NCBI RefSeq assembly: GCF_029267515.1
Contig: NZ_JAJUIS010000009.1
Location: forward strand, 41,747 to 105,746
Origin: Seleniivibrio woodruffii
GTDB taxonomy: Bacteria; Chrysiogenota; Deferribacteres; Deferribacterales; Geovibrionaceae
Reading direction: 5' to 3'
DNA: 64,000 nt
Part shown: positions 43,961 through 53,407 of the stretch, piece by piece
Layout: every line of letters starts with the position of its first letter
How positions within the stretch are numbered: the first letter of the stretch is position 1
The notes under the pieces: model-generated
The model's database searches: none
What the model was told of the DNA's origin: nothing
The model's input: only the letters and a program-made list of their open reading frames with translations
Made by a program: the position numbers and the translations under genes

Positions 43961-45291
43961 ATTTCATCTATTTTGTCAATATAACCAGCCACATCGAACT
44001 TTGACCGACAGCCGTTTCGGTTCATATAGCGTATCTTCCCGTAAACGGGTCGCTCCGTCCATGCCCTGTCGTGCACTCCGGCAACGCTCCACGCCACGCC
44101 CACATATCCGTTCGGGTCGCGCCCGTCCAGCGCATAGGTGTCGTTCAGCAGAAGAGCGTATCTGAAAGCTGCTTCAGGGTCAGCCGTCCACTCAAGGATC
44201 TTCTTCGCCCAGTACATCCGCATATAGCCGTGCATACGCCCCGTCAGACGCAGTTGATCCTGTGCTGCGTTCCACAGGGTGTCGTGGGTTTCAGCCAGCT
44301 CAAACTGTTCGTATGAATAAACATAATCACGTCTGTCGTCTCTGTGTTCATCAAGGGTTTTAAGCGCCCATGAATCCGCACCGTCAATACTGTCGTAATC
44401 TGGATTATATAAGCAGTAGTTGTCCGTAAGTTCACGCCGCACGATAAGCTCTTCAATGTATGCGTCCTTATCTGCATCCGGCGCATCCGCCGCCAGAACG
44501 TTCAGCGCAGCTCTTTGGGGGGCGATCTGACCGAAATGGAAATACGGGGACATCATGGACTGTGCATCAAAATTGGGGTTATTCCGTTTTTCGTTATAGA
44601 AAGAGAGCTTTTCGTCTGTAAACTCATGCAGTGTTTCTGCACCCGCCTTTGATCCTGCTGTCACAGGGAATAATCCGTCATACGGATACAGCGTCTCCGC
44701 CCTCTTCCAGTCCGGCGCCTGAACAGTCTCAGAAAAAACAGCCTCCTGTCGGTTCATCTGCGGAAATTCCGTAAGAAATTCACCCAGAAGCCTGTGTATC
44801 TTAGGGCGTATGGTTCTCGCGGCATACTCCTGCTTGTCCGAAGCAACTCGGCAGGGAACAACGTTGTGCGCATCCACCTCTATGACGGGAATGTCAAGCG
44901 CTGACGCGACCTCCTCCCGCCATGCCATAGGCACCTTGAGCGGCATGAAATCGCATATCAGAGTGTCAGCTTTTTGGTATCTAACGAATTTCGGAATCTC
45001 TTCCTGCGGTCTGCCAATGAGCAGATAAAAAGGGATGTTGAGGGCTTCAAGCTCCTTCGCGGTCTCTTTCAGCCCGTTTATCATGAATCTGTAATGATAT
45101 GAATTGCCGTTGGGAAAGCCCGGAGCCAGACAAAAAACCACAGCAAACGCGCTGTCCGCCGACTTTGCCAGCTCTGCGGCATAGACGAGCGCCCAATTGT
45201 CCCGCGCCCGCTGGTCTCTGGACATCCAGTAGACCGTCCTGCCCGCCTTCGACACCTTCCCGTTCAGTGAGTATGTACGTCTTATATCCAT
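43942..45291 (-). CDS. phr: Class II CPD photolyase
   Basis: 449 aa with YWMSRDQRARDNWAL near the N-terminus and MHGYMRMYWAKKILEW plus a C-terminal FAD-binding region, typical of class II enzymes. Confidence 0.88.
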   Translation of the reverse strand: MDIRRTYSLNGKVSKAGRTVYWMSRDQRARDNWALVYAAELAKSADSAFAVVFCLAPGFPNGNSYHYRFMINGLKETAKELEALNIPFYLLIGRPQEEIPKFVRYQKADTLICDFMPLKVPMAWREEVASALDIPVIEVDAHNVVPCRVASDKQEYAARTIRPKIHRLLGEFLTEFPQMNRQEAVFSETVQAPDWKRAETLYPYDGLFPVTAGSKAGAETLHEFTDEKLSFYNEKRNNPNFDAQSMMSPYFHFGQIAPQRAALNVLAADAPDADKDAYIEELIVRRELTDNYCLYNPDYDSIDGADSWALKTLDEHRDDRRDYVYSYEQFELAETHDTLWNAAQDQLRLTGRMHGYMRMYWAKKILEWTADPEAAFRYALLLNDTYALDGRDPNGYVGVAWSVAGVHDRAWTERPVYGKIRYMNRNGCRSKFDVAGYIDKIDEIKKGGE

Positions 45292-45302
45292 AAGACACTA
45301 TA

Positions 45303-45899
45303 CTATACAATAAGCGAAACCGCCACTCCCCACATTGTGCAGCATACGATTCCATCGAGCATACGCCAAACTATCGGTTTTGCGAAAACTCTCGCAAGTG
45401 CGGAACCGAAAAGAACAAGGGTGAAGAACCACACAACAGAGGCTGTTGAAGCGCCAAGTCCGAAAAAATACCGTCCGCTGCCCATGAAACCTGCGCTGAT
45501 ACTGCCCACCAGAAGCACTGTGTCCAGATAGACATGGGGGTTGAGAACCGTCACGGCAACTGTGGCAAGCAGTGTCTTTTTTATGCTGGAATCTGTCTTT
45601 TCATTCAGTTCCATCCTGCGGTCGGAAAACGCAGACCTTAGAGACAGAAGACCGTACCAGAAAAGGAAAGCCGCGCCGCCCCATGTTGCAATCTTCATCA
45701 GAAGCGGATTGGATGCAACAAACGAACCCACTCCGGCAACTCCTGTCATGATGAACAGTACGTCGAAAACAGCGCATATCAGCGCCACCTTGAAGTGATG
45801 GTTCCTCTTTACGCTCTGGGTAAGAACGAACGCGTTCTGCGCGCCTATCGCTATTATCAGTCCGGCTCCGGTCGAAAATCCGCTTACAAATGCAGTCAT
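45303..45899 (-). CDS. argO: LysE/ArgO-family basic amino-acid exporter
   Basis: GAQNAFVLTQSVKRNHH N-terminal signature, 6 TM segments, ~200 aa. Divergent from an ArgP-like LysR gene. Confidence 0.8.
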   Translation of the reverse strand: MTAFVSGFSTGAGLIIAIGAQNAFVLTQSVKRNHHFKVALICAVFDVLFIMTGVAGVGSFVASNPLLMKIATWGGAAFLFWYGLLSLRSAFSDRRMELNEKTDSSIKKTLLATVAVTVLNPHVYLDTVLLVGSISAGFMGSGRYFFGLGASTASVVWFFTLVLFGSALARVFAKPIVWRMLDGIVCCTMWGVAVSLIV

Positions 45900-45937
45900 T
45901 TTGCTCTCCTTTCGTCAGAAAACATATGACATCTGAT

Positions 45938-45964
45938 ATGAAAAGTAAAATTAATTGTTTTCAT
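45938..45964. promoter_or_regulatory. Candidate LysR-type (ArgP) binding dyad in the argO/argP divergent region
   Basis: ATGAAAA-N13-TTTTCAT perfect 7-bp inverted repeat, 39 nt upstream of the argO start and 29 nt upstream of the argP start. Confidence 0.35.
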
Positions 45965-45992
45965 AATACATAAGTTTTGCTAATATTAGTCT

Positions 45993-46874
45993 ATGTACGA
46001 TTACAAACTGCTGGAAGCCTTCTGTGCCGTCGTCGAGTGCGGCGGGTTTGAGAAGGCGGCTGAAAAACTCTTTATAACCCAGTCGGCTGTGTCACAGCGC
46101 GTGCGGCTGCTTGAGGATGCGGCAAAGTCCGTTCTCCTTGTGCGCTCCAACCCGCCGACACCGACAGACACCGGCAAAGCGTTCATAGCTCATTTCAACA
46201 AAGTAAGCTCGCTTGAGCGGGAGCTTGAGAAAGCACTCAGTCACGAGGAGGACTGCGGTTTCACAAGTTTATGTATCGGGCTTAACGCGGACACCCTTGC
46301 CACATGGTTTTTCGATGCCGTTGAGGATGTTGTCAAAACAGAAAGGCTACTGCTGAAACTCCGTGTGGACGATCAGGAGGTGACGCACTCCATGCTGAAA
46401 AACGGAGAGGCTTCGGGATGTATCAGCACCAGAAGCACCCCCATGCAGGGATGCAGTGTGCATTACCTCGGCAAAACAACATACAGGATGTACGTTTCGC
46501 CGGAAAAACATAAAGAGTGGTTTCCGAACGGTTTCACAGCAGAGGCACTGCAAAAGGTGCCAGTCATAATATACAACGAACGGGACACTCTCCACACACA
46601 GATGTTCCGCAATGCGCTCGGTACGGAGAACATCAGCCACCCCAGCCTTTACATCCCGTCCGTCGAAAAATATCTTGATGCGGTGATACGCGGATTCGGC
46701 ATAGGCATGATGCCCGATCAGCAGTGCCGGAGATACTTCGAAAACGGATTGATAGAAGACGCGGCGGCACCTTACACCGTTGAGGCGCACCTTTACTGGC
46801 ACAGGTGGAACATCGGATCAAAACCGCTGGATGCGCTGACCAAAGCGCTGATTCGCTATTGTAAAGATGCGTGA
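45993..46874 (+). CDS. argP: LysR-family regulator, ArgP/IciA-like
   Basis: N-terminal HTH LLEAFCAVVECGGFEKAAEKLFITQSAVSQRVRLLE closely follows the ArgP pattern. Divergent from argO. Confidence 0.75.
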   Translation: MYDYKLLEAFCAVVECGGFEKAAEKLFITQSAVSQRVRLLEDAAKSVLLVRSNPPTPTDTGKAFIAHFNKVSSLERELEKALSHEEDCGFTSLCIGLNADTLATWFFDAVEDVVKTERLLLKLRVDDQEVTHSMLKNGEASGCISTRSTPMQGCSVHYLGKTTYRMYVSPEKHKEWFPNGFTAEALQKVPVIIYNERDTLHTQMFRNALGTENISHPSLYIPSVEKYLDAVIRGFGIGMMPDQQCRRYFENGLIEDAAAPYTVEAHLYWHRWNIGSKPLDALTKALIRYCKDA

Positions 46875-46916
46875 TGTAATATATTCTGAAAATTATTTGT
46901 TTGTTTGGAGGCATCT

Positions 46917-47939
46917 ATGAACGTTCACGATATAATCAGAAAAGTACGCGACAGAGAGGCATTCACCCACGCGGAAGTGGTTTCTATGCTGGAAATAGAC
47001 CCTAAATCACGGGAGGCACACCTGCTCATGGGTGAAAGCGTCAGATTTTCCCGCGAACTGACGGATAACACAGCCGAGGTGCACGGGCAGTTCGCCCTTA
47101 ACCTTGCGCCCTGCCCTGTGAACTGCCGTTTCTGCGCATTCGCCGCGAAATACGGTATATTCAAAGAACCTAAGGAACTCACCGTTCAGGAAGCTGTTGA
47201 ATATGCGAAAGGCTTTGATAATGCAGATGAAAACGCCGCCGTCTTCCTTATGACCACAGCAAACTACGACTTCGGGAAATTTATAGAGATTTCGCAGGAA
47301 GTAAGAAAAATACTCCGTCCCGAAACCCTCATGATAGCCAACGTGGGCGATATGTCCCCTGAACAGGCTGTTAAAATGAAATCCGCCGGATATAACGGCA
47401 CATACCACGCCATCCGCATGGGCGAAGGCGACAGAACGAACGCACCCGTTAAACAGCGTCTGAAATCAATCCGTGCGTTTCAGGATGCTGGCCTTATCGT
47501 CGGCACCTGCGTTGAACCCGTAGGACCGGAACACACCAACGACGAGATAGCCGAAAAGATACTCCTTGCAGCATCCTTTGACCCCGCTTTCAGCGGAGCC
47601 ATGCGCAGGATAACAATCCCCGGTTCCGACCTTGAACAGTACGGAATGATATCCGAACTGCGTCTGGCACAGATTGTGGCAGTGACACGCATAGCGACAC
47701 CTGCGACAGTGGCGGGCAACTGCACCCACGAACCGAACGTCCTCGGCGCTTCGGCAGGAGCTAACCTCTTCTGGGCAGAGGTGGGCGCAAACCCAAGAGA
47801 TACGAATGAAAAAACGGAAGAGAACAGAGGCATGTCAGTTGCGGACTGTTCGAAACTCCTTGCCGAAGCGGATTGGCAGGTGGGCAAACGTCCTTCCGTA
47901 TATTATAAAAAGTCTCACTCAGTTTTCGCAGAGGTATAA
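46917..47939 (+). CDS. Radical SAM enzyme, BioB/HydE/ThiH-like
   Basis: CPVNCRFCAF (CxxxCxxC) about 70 aa from the N-terminus, ~340 aa. ATG 46917 lies 5 nt after GGAGG; the listed ORF begins at TTG 46905. Confidence 0.75.
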   Translation: MNVHDIIRKVRDREAFTHAEVVSMLEIDPKSREAHLLMGESVRFSRELTDNTAEVHGQFALNLAPCPVNCRFCAFAAKYGIFKEPKELTVQEAVEYAKGFDNADENAAVFLMTTANYDFGKFIEISQEVRKILRPETLMIANVGDMSPEQAVKMKSAGYNGTYHAIRMGEGDRTNAPVKQRLKSIRAFQDAGLIVGTCVEPVGPEHTNDEIAEKILLAASFDPAFSGAMRRITIPGSDLEQYGMISELRLAQIVAVTRIATPATVAGNCTHEPNVLGASAGANLFWAEVGANPRDTNEKTEENRGMSVADCSKLLAEADWQVGKRPSVYYKKSHSVFAEV

Positions 47940-47940
47940 C

Positions 47941-48567
47941 ATGCTCGACAGTACACAGATAATCCTTTTCTGCTCAACATCTCTACTTCTCGCCATAACA
48001 CCGGGTCCTGACATCATTTATGTCATAACCCGCGGCATAACACAGGGACACAAGAGCGGCATGGCAGCCGCAGCGGGATTCTCTCTGGGCAATATAGCCC
48101 ATACCACCTTCGCAATAGTTGGACTGTCGGCAATAATCCGCTCCAGCGCATTGGCGTTCACCGCCATAAAGATAGCGGGCGCGCTCTATCTCATATACAT
48201 AGGCTGGAAAACATTCACCAGCAAAGGCGGAGCGTCCGCGGAAAAAGATACTAAGATATTAAGCCCAAAGGCTGTTTTTATACAGAGCATCACCGCGAAC
48301 GTTCTTAACCCGAAAGTAGCGCTGTTCTTCATCGCCTTCTTTCCGCAGTTCGTCAAACCGCAGAACGGACACCCCGCCATACAGATGGCGCTTCTGGGGC
48401 TGCTGTTCATCATATGCACCTTTATAGTCTTCTCCGCATGTGCGCTTTTCAGCGGACAGATAGGTGAAAAGCTGAAAAACTCCAAAGGCGCAGGTCTTCT
48501 GAACAAAGCGGCGGGCGCTGTTCTTATGGGGCTTGGCGTGGCGCTGGCTTTTTCAAAAAGATCATAA
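47941..48567 (+). CDS. LysE-superfamily exporter, RhtB/LeuE-like
   Basis: Start set at MLDSTQIILF (GAGG RBS), 2 nt after the radical SAM stop. AITPGPDIIYVITRG signature, 208 aa, 6 TM segments. Confidence 0.85.
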   Translation: MLDSTQIILFCSTSLLLAITPGPDIIYVITRGITQGHKSGMAAAAGFSLGNIAHTTFAIVGLSAIIRSSALAFTAIKIAGALYLIYIGWKTFTSKGGASAEKDTKILSPKAVFIQSITANVLNPKVALFFIAFFPQFVKPQNGHPAIQMALLGLLFIICTFIVFSACALFSGQIGEKLKNSKGAGLLNKAAGAVLMGLGVALAFSKRS

Positions 48568-48611
48568 AAACTTGATGTAATTTTTATTACAAAAAGATAT
48601 AATTGTCTCCG

Positions 48612-49292
48612 ATGAATACGAATTATCAGGCATTTAAACTCGGAATAAAGGAAGGACTGCCCATAGCGATAGGCGTTGCGGCATACGGCATTGTTTACGG
48701 TATGCTGACACAGGGCGTTCTCACCACATGGGAAACCGTTATGTCGTGCATGGTGGTTTTCGCAGGCGTGTCGCAGATTATGGCACTTGAAATGTGGAAC
48801 GCTCCTCTTCCGGTTTTCGCAATAATCCTGTCAACCTTCATAGTCAACATACGCCACATCCTCATGGGCGCATCGATATATCCCTATGCGGAAAAAGAAA
48901 AAAAATGGGTTAGTTACTTCAGCCTGTTTTTTATGGTGGATGAAGGATGGGCACTCACAATGGGCAAGATGGCGCGCACGGCGGAACGCATAGGCTACCT
49001 TGCCGGAACCGGATTCATCCTCTATTTCCTCTGGCTGGCTTCCGCCATGATAGGCAGACAGGCGGGCGCTTTCATACCCTCACCCGAAAAACTGGGTATA
49101 GACTTCGCGCTGTCGGCGGTATTCATAACAATGGCAGTTTCCGGCTTCCGCGGCAGAAAGGATATTCCTGTTGTGGTTGTTGCAATAATAGTTTCATGTC
49201 TTTTCGAGCATTTTGTGGGCGGCAAATGGTATATACTCGCAGGCGGGATAGCCGGCGGACTTACAGCATGGGTTAGCTATGGACAAGACTAG
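48612..49292 (+). CDS. azlC: Branched-chain amino-acid exporter, large subunit AzlC
   Basis: FKLGIKEGLPIAIGVAAYGIVYG... typical AzlC N-terminus. The start could instead be TTG 48603. Confidence 0.85.
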   Translation: MNTNYQAFKLGIKEGLPIAIGVAAYGIVYGMLTQGVLTTWETVMSCMVVFAGVSQIMALEMWNAPLPVFAIILSTFIVNIRHILMGASIYPYAEKEKKWVSYFSLFFMVDEGWALTMGKMARTAERIGYLAGTGFILYFLWLASAMIGRQAGAFIPSPEKLGIDFALSAVFITMAVSGFRGRKDIPVVVVAIIVSCLFEHFVGGKWYILAGGIAGGLTAWVSYGQD

Positions 49293-49575
49293 TTTTCTGA
49301 CCATCCTTGGGATGGGTGCGGCAACATATCTCACACGTGTTCTTGGTTTTTACATCGCAGGGAAGGTGAATCTGACCCCCAGATTCCGCTACGCTCTGCA
49401 AAGCATTCCCATAGCGATTCTGGTTTCAATAGCGGCTCCGTCGATTATAAAAGGTTCCGTGCCGGAGATACTTTCGGCAATGGTTGTCATAGGTACGGCG
49501 ATAACCGGACGCGGACTTCTCTTCTGTCTCGCAGTGGGCATCCTCGCAATTAACTTCTTCCGTTACGTTTTTTAG
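49279..49575 (+). CDS. azlD: Branched-chain amino-acid exporter, small subunit AzlD
   Basis: 98 aa, 3-4 TM segments. Overlaps azlC by 14 nt, the usual azlCD arrangement. Confidence 0.8.
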   Translation: MDKTSFLTILGMGAATYLTRVLGFYIAGKVNLTPRFRYALQSIPIAILVSIAAPSIIKGSVPEILSAMVVIGTAITGRGLLFCLAVGILAINFFRYVF

Positions 49576-50393
49576 AAAGGCAGCGATTCCAGCAGTTTTC
49601 CTATCTTTTCAACTGATTTTTTTACCTTTGCATCGGTCATAAGGTCGCGCTTATCCTTCAATATCTCCCCAAGCTCTTTGCCAAGGGTATTTCTCAGGTT
49701 TTTGCCCGCTTCTGAAACTGATTCGGGAAGAGCGTTTTTCGCCGAGAGCAGACGCATCGTGTCGGCAACGGAGGTCATACGGGGTATCAGCTTTTTCACT
49801 GCTTCAACAAAAAGCTCGTTGGCGTTCACAAATTTTCGCACAGTCTCAGCTTTTTCCAGAGCCGACGCGTAACGCTTAGCCAGTGAATCGAACTCTTTCA
49901 GCACAGCCTCAAGCTCCGCCACCTTTTCACCGGAAACGGCGGTGGTCTCCGCATTCAGCTTCTCCGCCATAGCGTTCACCGAGCTTGCGAAAGACTGGGC
50001 AACAGCATCGAAACTGCCTTCTTTTTCCATTGCGCCCATAAAAAGCGGGTTATCAGTCAAAACCTGATAAAGCTCCTGTTCAGCTTTTTTAAACTCCGGA
50101 TCGGTCAAAAATTGTGCCGTTGCCGAATATATATTAGATATTCTGCGACCAAAGCAGTCACCTGTCTTCTCAGCCATCTCCCGCAGTTCCGCGCTTGCTG
50201 TGCCAAGGGTCATAAGCTCTGCGTACTTCTCACTTACAGCCTCAAGTTCGCCGTACTGTGCCTTAACTTCATCCGCGCAGGTCTTCATAGCGGAGATAAA
50301 TTCATGTTTCTCTTTCGCAGCCTCCATAGCCGCGGCGTATTTTTCCGCAGTCTCATGGTGACGCTTCATAACATCTGTGACATTTGCGCTCAT
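49572..50393 (-). CDS. Hypothetical all-helical, Ala/Glu/Lys-rich protein (273 aa)
   Basis: Long ORF 60 nt downstream of ctaB on the same strand. No TM segment, signal peptide or recognisable motif. Confidence 0.55.
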   Translation of the reverse strand: MSANVTDVMKRHHETAEKYAAAMEAAKEKHEFISAMKTCADEVKAQYGELEAVSEKYAELMTLGTASAELREMAEKTGDCFGRRISNIYSATAQFLTDPEFKKAEQELYQVLTDNPLFMGAMEKEGSFDAVAQSFASSVNAMAEKLNAETTAVSGEKVAELEAVLKEFDSLAKRYASALEKAETVRKFVNANELFVEAVKKLIPRMTSVADTMRLLSAKNALPESVSEAGKNLRNTLGKELGEILKDKRDLMTDAKVKKSVEKIGKLLESLPF

Positions 50394-50453
50394 TACGCAC
50401 CTCCGCTGTTTCAGAAAAAAGATGATAGCCTGTTACGCTTTATACTGCAAGGA

Positions 50454-51290
50454 TTAATGAATCATCAGCCTGTCGCCGATGATGAGCAGAAAGAAAAGTA
50501 ACGCCGAAAGATTCAGCGAACCGAAACGAAGCGACGGTCTCTTCGCATAGCCGAAGATGAAAATCAGCACGGGCACAACTGCCGCGATGCTTGCCGCAGC
50601 GGTGAATCTGCTGCTGTATACTTCTGAAAAAGGGATAAAAAGCAGTGCCGTAAGATATGCCACAGCCCATACCAGAACGAAAAGTCGGCTTTTGTCCGCA
50701 CCGTATGAGAATGTCAGAGTTTTAAATCCTGCATTCTTATAGTCCTCCGCATGTATATCCGCAAGGATGGCGAAATGCGGAGTCTGCCAGAGATAGAGTA
50801 CCGCTGTGACAAGCAGTATATCCCTGTCAAAAGGACTGCCGCCCGCCATACAGTAGCCGAGCACAGGGGGCATGGCACCCGCCAGCCCGCCAAGCATAAC
50901 AGAAAAAGGGGACACCTTTTTCAGAGGCGTATAAACAAAATTATATCCGGCGACAACCAGAAAACCGATAGCCATTGCCCACAGACTGCCGCTTAAAACA
51001 ATGAAGCTGAATCCGATGAGAATCAGAACCACCGCGAGCGCCAGAACCTCTTTCGGAAGAATATACCCGCCCGGCAGAGGTCTCTGCATGGTGCGTTTCA
51101 TGAGTCTGTCGCTGTCGCGCTCCTGATACTGATTCAGCGCGGAACAGCCGAACGACAGAAAAACAGACGCGCAAACTGCGTACAGGTGCGTCAGACCGAT
51201 ATGGTGAAAAGAAAGGCAGGTCCCCGCAAATGCGGAAAGACCCACCATTGATGATAATCTTACCCTGACAAGATGCTTTATGCTGAGCAT
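50454..51290 (-). CDS. ctaB: Protohaem IX farnesyltransferase (haem O synthase)
   Basis: UbiA-family motifs NQYQERDSDRLMKRTMQRPLP and a second Asp-rich region; 8-9 TM segments. Abuts coxB with no spacer. Confidence 0.88.
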   Translation of the reverse strand: MLSIKHLVRVRLSSMVGLSAFAGTCLSFHHIGLTHLYAVCASVFLSFGCSALNQYQERDSDRLMKRTMQRPLPGGYILPKEVLALAVVLILIGFSFIVLSGSLWAMAIGFLVVAGYNFVYTPLKKVSPFSVMLGGLAGAMPPVLGYCMAGGSPFDRDILLVTAVLYLWQTPHFAILADIHAEDYKNAGFKTLTFSYGADKSRLFVLVWAVAYLTALLFIPFSEVYSSRFTAAASIAAVVPVLIFIFGYAKRPSLRFGSLNLSALLFFLLIIGDRLMIH

Positions 51291-52499
51291 CTATTTCAGA
51301 GTGCTGATATATTCTATCAGCGCCTTAATGTCGTCGTCGCTGAGCTGACCGTATTCCGGCATTGAAGGTTCATAGCCTTCAACAACGTACTCTGACGGAT
51401 GTTTTATGGAGCTTATGATATACTCCACGTTGGCTGTCACTTCCATCTTTTTGCCGTCTTTTGTCACAGCAGTCTTTCTGTCCATCAGCCCTTTAAAGCT
51501 GGGACCCACAAGTTCGCTTCCGTCAACGGAGTGACATCCGGTACAGCCTTCCCGTTCAGCAATCTCCGCGCCTTTGGCTCCGAGTTTCGCCGTGGGCTTG
51601 CCGCCACCTTTGAAATATCCGATTATCTTGCCCAACTCCTCTTTCGTCAGTTCAAAGGGAGGCATCATATCCTCATAACCTTTGACGATGTCCGCCGCTG
51701 GCTGTGTAATTGATTTTTCAAGGTACATGTCGTCCGCTTTAACGGTCTTTTCTTTGCCGTTTTCAACAACAACGGTATCACGTCCGTAGATACCCTTAAA
51801 GCTGGGTCCCACAAGATCCGTGCCGTCCGTTGTATGGCAGTCGAAGCAGCCGTGTTTTTTGAGCAGTTCTTCGCCCTCATCGGGAACTTCCGCTGCGGCG
51901 GAGGCATTCAGCCATTTGTCGAACTCCTCTTTCGGAACCACGACAACCTTTGAAAGCATGTATGCGTGACGCACGCCGCAGTATTCGGCGCACTGAATCT
52001 CATATTCCGCCGGTTCGCCGCTGTTGAACCATACATAGGTGTGCATACCCGGTACAGTATCCATCTTTACACGGAATGCCGCCACATAAAAGCTGTGGAT
52101 AACGTCAACGGATGTCAGGTCAACCTTGATTGGAGTGTCCGCAGGAACGTACAGCTTGTCGCTGGTCTTTCCGTTGGGATATTCGAACTTCCAAGACCAC
52201 ATGCGGGCGGTGCATTTCACCTCGTAGCTGTTTGCCGGAGCCTCCCGCAGAGCCTTATAGCCTACCCATCCGTACCAGAACATAGCGCCCACGATAATGC
52301 AGGGAACTACTATCCAGATAATTTCCGCAACGAGGTTCCCCTCAATCTGCGCGGGAACGGGGTTGCGCTTTTTGCTGTATCTGAAAAGGAAATACAGCGT
52401 CACCGCAGTTATAAGGAACAGGATGACAAAAGATACCCCGAATATGAATTTAAATGCCGTATCAACCTTGCTGACGGCATCGATAAGTGTCGCGTCCAT
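51291..52499 (-). CDS. coxB: Cytochrome c oxidase subunit II fused to two c-type haem domains
   Basis: Start set at ATG 52499 (GGAGG 6 nt upstream). Two N-terminal TM segments, the CuA site CAEYCGVRHAYM, then CFDCH and CTGCH. Confidence 0.88.
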   Translation of the reverse strand: MDATLIDAVSKVDTAFKFIFGVSFVILFLITAVTLYFLFRYSKKRNPVPAQIEGNLVAEIIWIVVPCIIVGAMFWYGWVGYKALREAPANSYEVKCTARMWSWKFEYPNGKTSDKLYVPADTPIKVDLTSVDVIHSFYVAAFRVKMDTVPGMHTYVWFNSGEPAEYEIQCAEYCGVRHAYMLSKVVVVPKEEFDKWLNASAAAEVPDEGEELLKKHGCFDCHTTDGTDLVGPSFKGIYGRDTVVVENGKEKTVKADDMYLEKSITQPAADIVKGYEDMMPPFELTKEELGKIIGYFKGGGKPTAKLGAKGAEIAEREGCTGCHSVDGSELVGPSFKGLMDRKTAVTKDGKKMEVTANVEYIISSIKHPSEYVVEGYEPSMPEYGQLSDDDIKALIEYISTLK

Positions 52500-52500
52500 C

Positions 52501-52800
52501 TCAGCCTCCCCTGTACGCAAGATCGAAGAACGTCATGCCTATGAAGATGGCGAGTATCAGAAAACACAGAAAGACTATCCCCTGCATAAACCTGCTCTCG
52601 TATTTCATATGCATGAAAAACATTATGACCAGCAGCGCCTTTGTTGTTGCCAGCGCAAGCGCCGCAGCAACGTTCATAAAGCCGAGGTCAATGCGTGATA
52701 CCGCAACTGTTATCGCCGTAAGCATAAGCAGCAGACCGAGGATTATCCCCGCAGTCTTAATGCTCAGTATATGGTGTTTATGTTCATGATTTTCGCTCAT
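52501..52800 (-). CDS. Small oxidase subunit IV (CoxD/CyoD-like)
   Basis: 99 aa, 3 TM segments, His-rich N-terminus MSENHEHKHH. Positioned between the subunit III and II genes. Confidence 0.65.
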   Translation of the reverse strand: MSENHEHKHHILSIKTAGIILGLLLMLTAITVAVSRIDLGFMNVAAALALATTKALLVIMFFMHMKYESRFMQGIVFLCFLILAIFIGMTFFDLAYRGG

Positions 52801-52807
52801 ACCGACC

Positions 52808-53407
52808 TCACAACACAAGATAAAACAGGGGAAACAGGAAAATCCAGATGAGATCCACTATGTGCCAGTAAAGCCCCGCGTTCTCCAGTTTCACAAAATC
52901 CTGCTGATTGATAACGTCCTTTTTCATGAACCACACCATCACCGAAAGAAGTATCGCGCCGATGATAACGTGTACGGCGTGAAGTCCCGTCATGAGGAAA
53001 TACAGCCCGAAAAAGATGTTCTCGCCGTGGGACATCTCCCGCAGATGGGGCGAGTCCGGCCATATGCCGTGGTGGAACTTAGCCCGCCACTCTATCGTCT
53101 TGTTTATGACGAAAATACCGGCACAGGCTATCGTCAGATACGTAAAGTTTACGGCGAGCTTCTTTTTACCCTGCTGGATAAAGGTTATCGCCGCCGCTAT
53201 GGCAAAGCTGGAGAAAAGCAGGACAACCGTGTTCAGCGTACCTATAACAACGTCGAGCTGCTTGCCGCCCACATGGAAATCCGCCCTGTACTCGTGGAGA
53301 TATGCCGCATAGAGCACGAACATACCGCCGAAAAGCAGAACCTCTGTGAACAGGAACAGCCACATGCCGAGCTTCGCGCCTGCGTAGTCTTTGTGTGTGT
53401 TACTCAT
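52808..53407 (-). CDS. coxC: Cytochrome c oxidase subunit III
   Basis: 199 aa, 5 TM segments, with LFLFTEVLLFGGMF and HAVHVIIG blocks. Confidence 0.88.
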   Translation of the reverse strand: MSNTHKDYAGAKLGMWLFLFTEVLLFGGMFVLYAAYLHEYRADFHVGGKQLDVVIGTLNTVVLLFSSFAIAAAITFIQQGKKKLAVNFTYLTIACAGIFVINKTIEWRAKFHHGIWPDSPHLREMSHGENIFFGLYFLMTGLHAVHVIIGAILLSVMVWFMKKDVINQQDFVKLENAGLYWHIVDLIWIFLFPLFYLVL

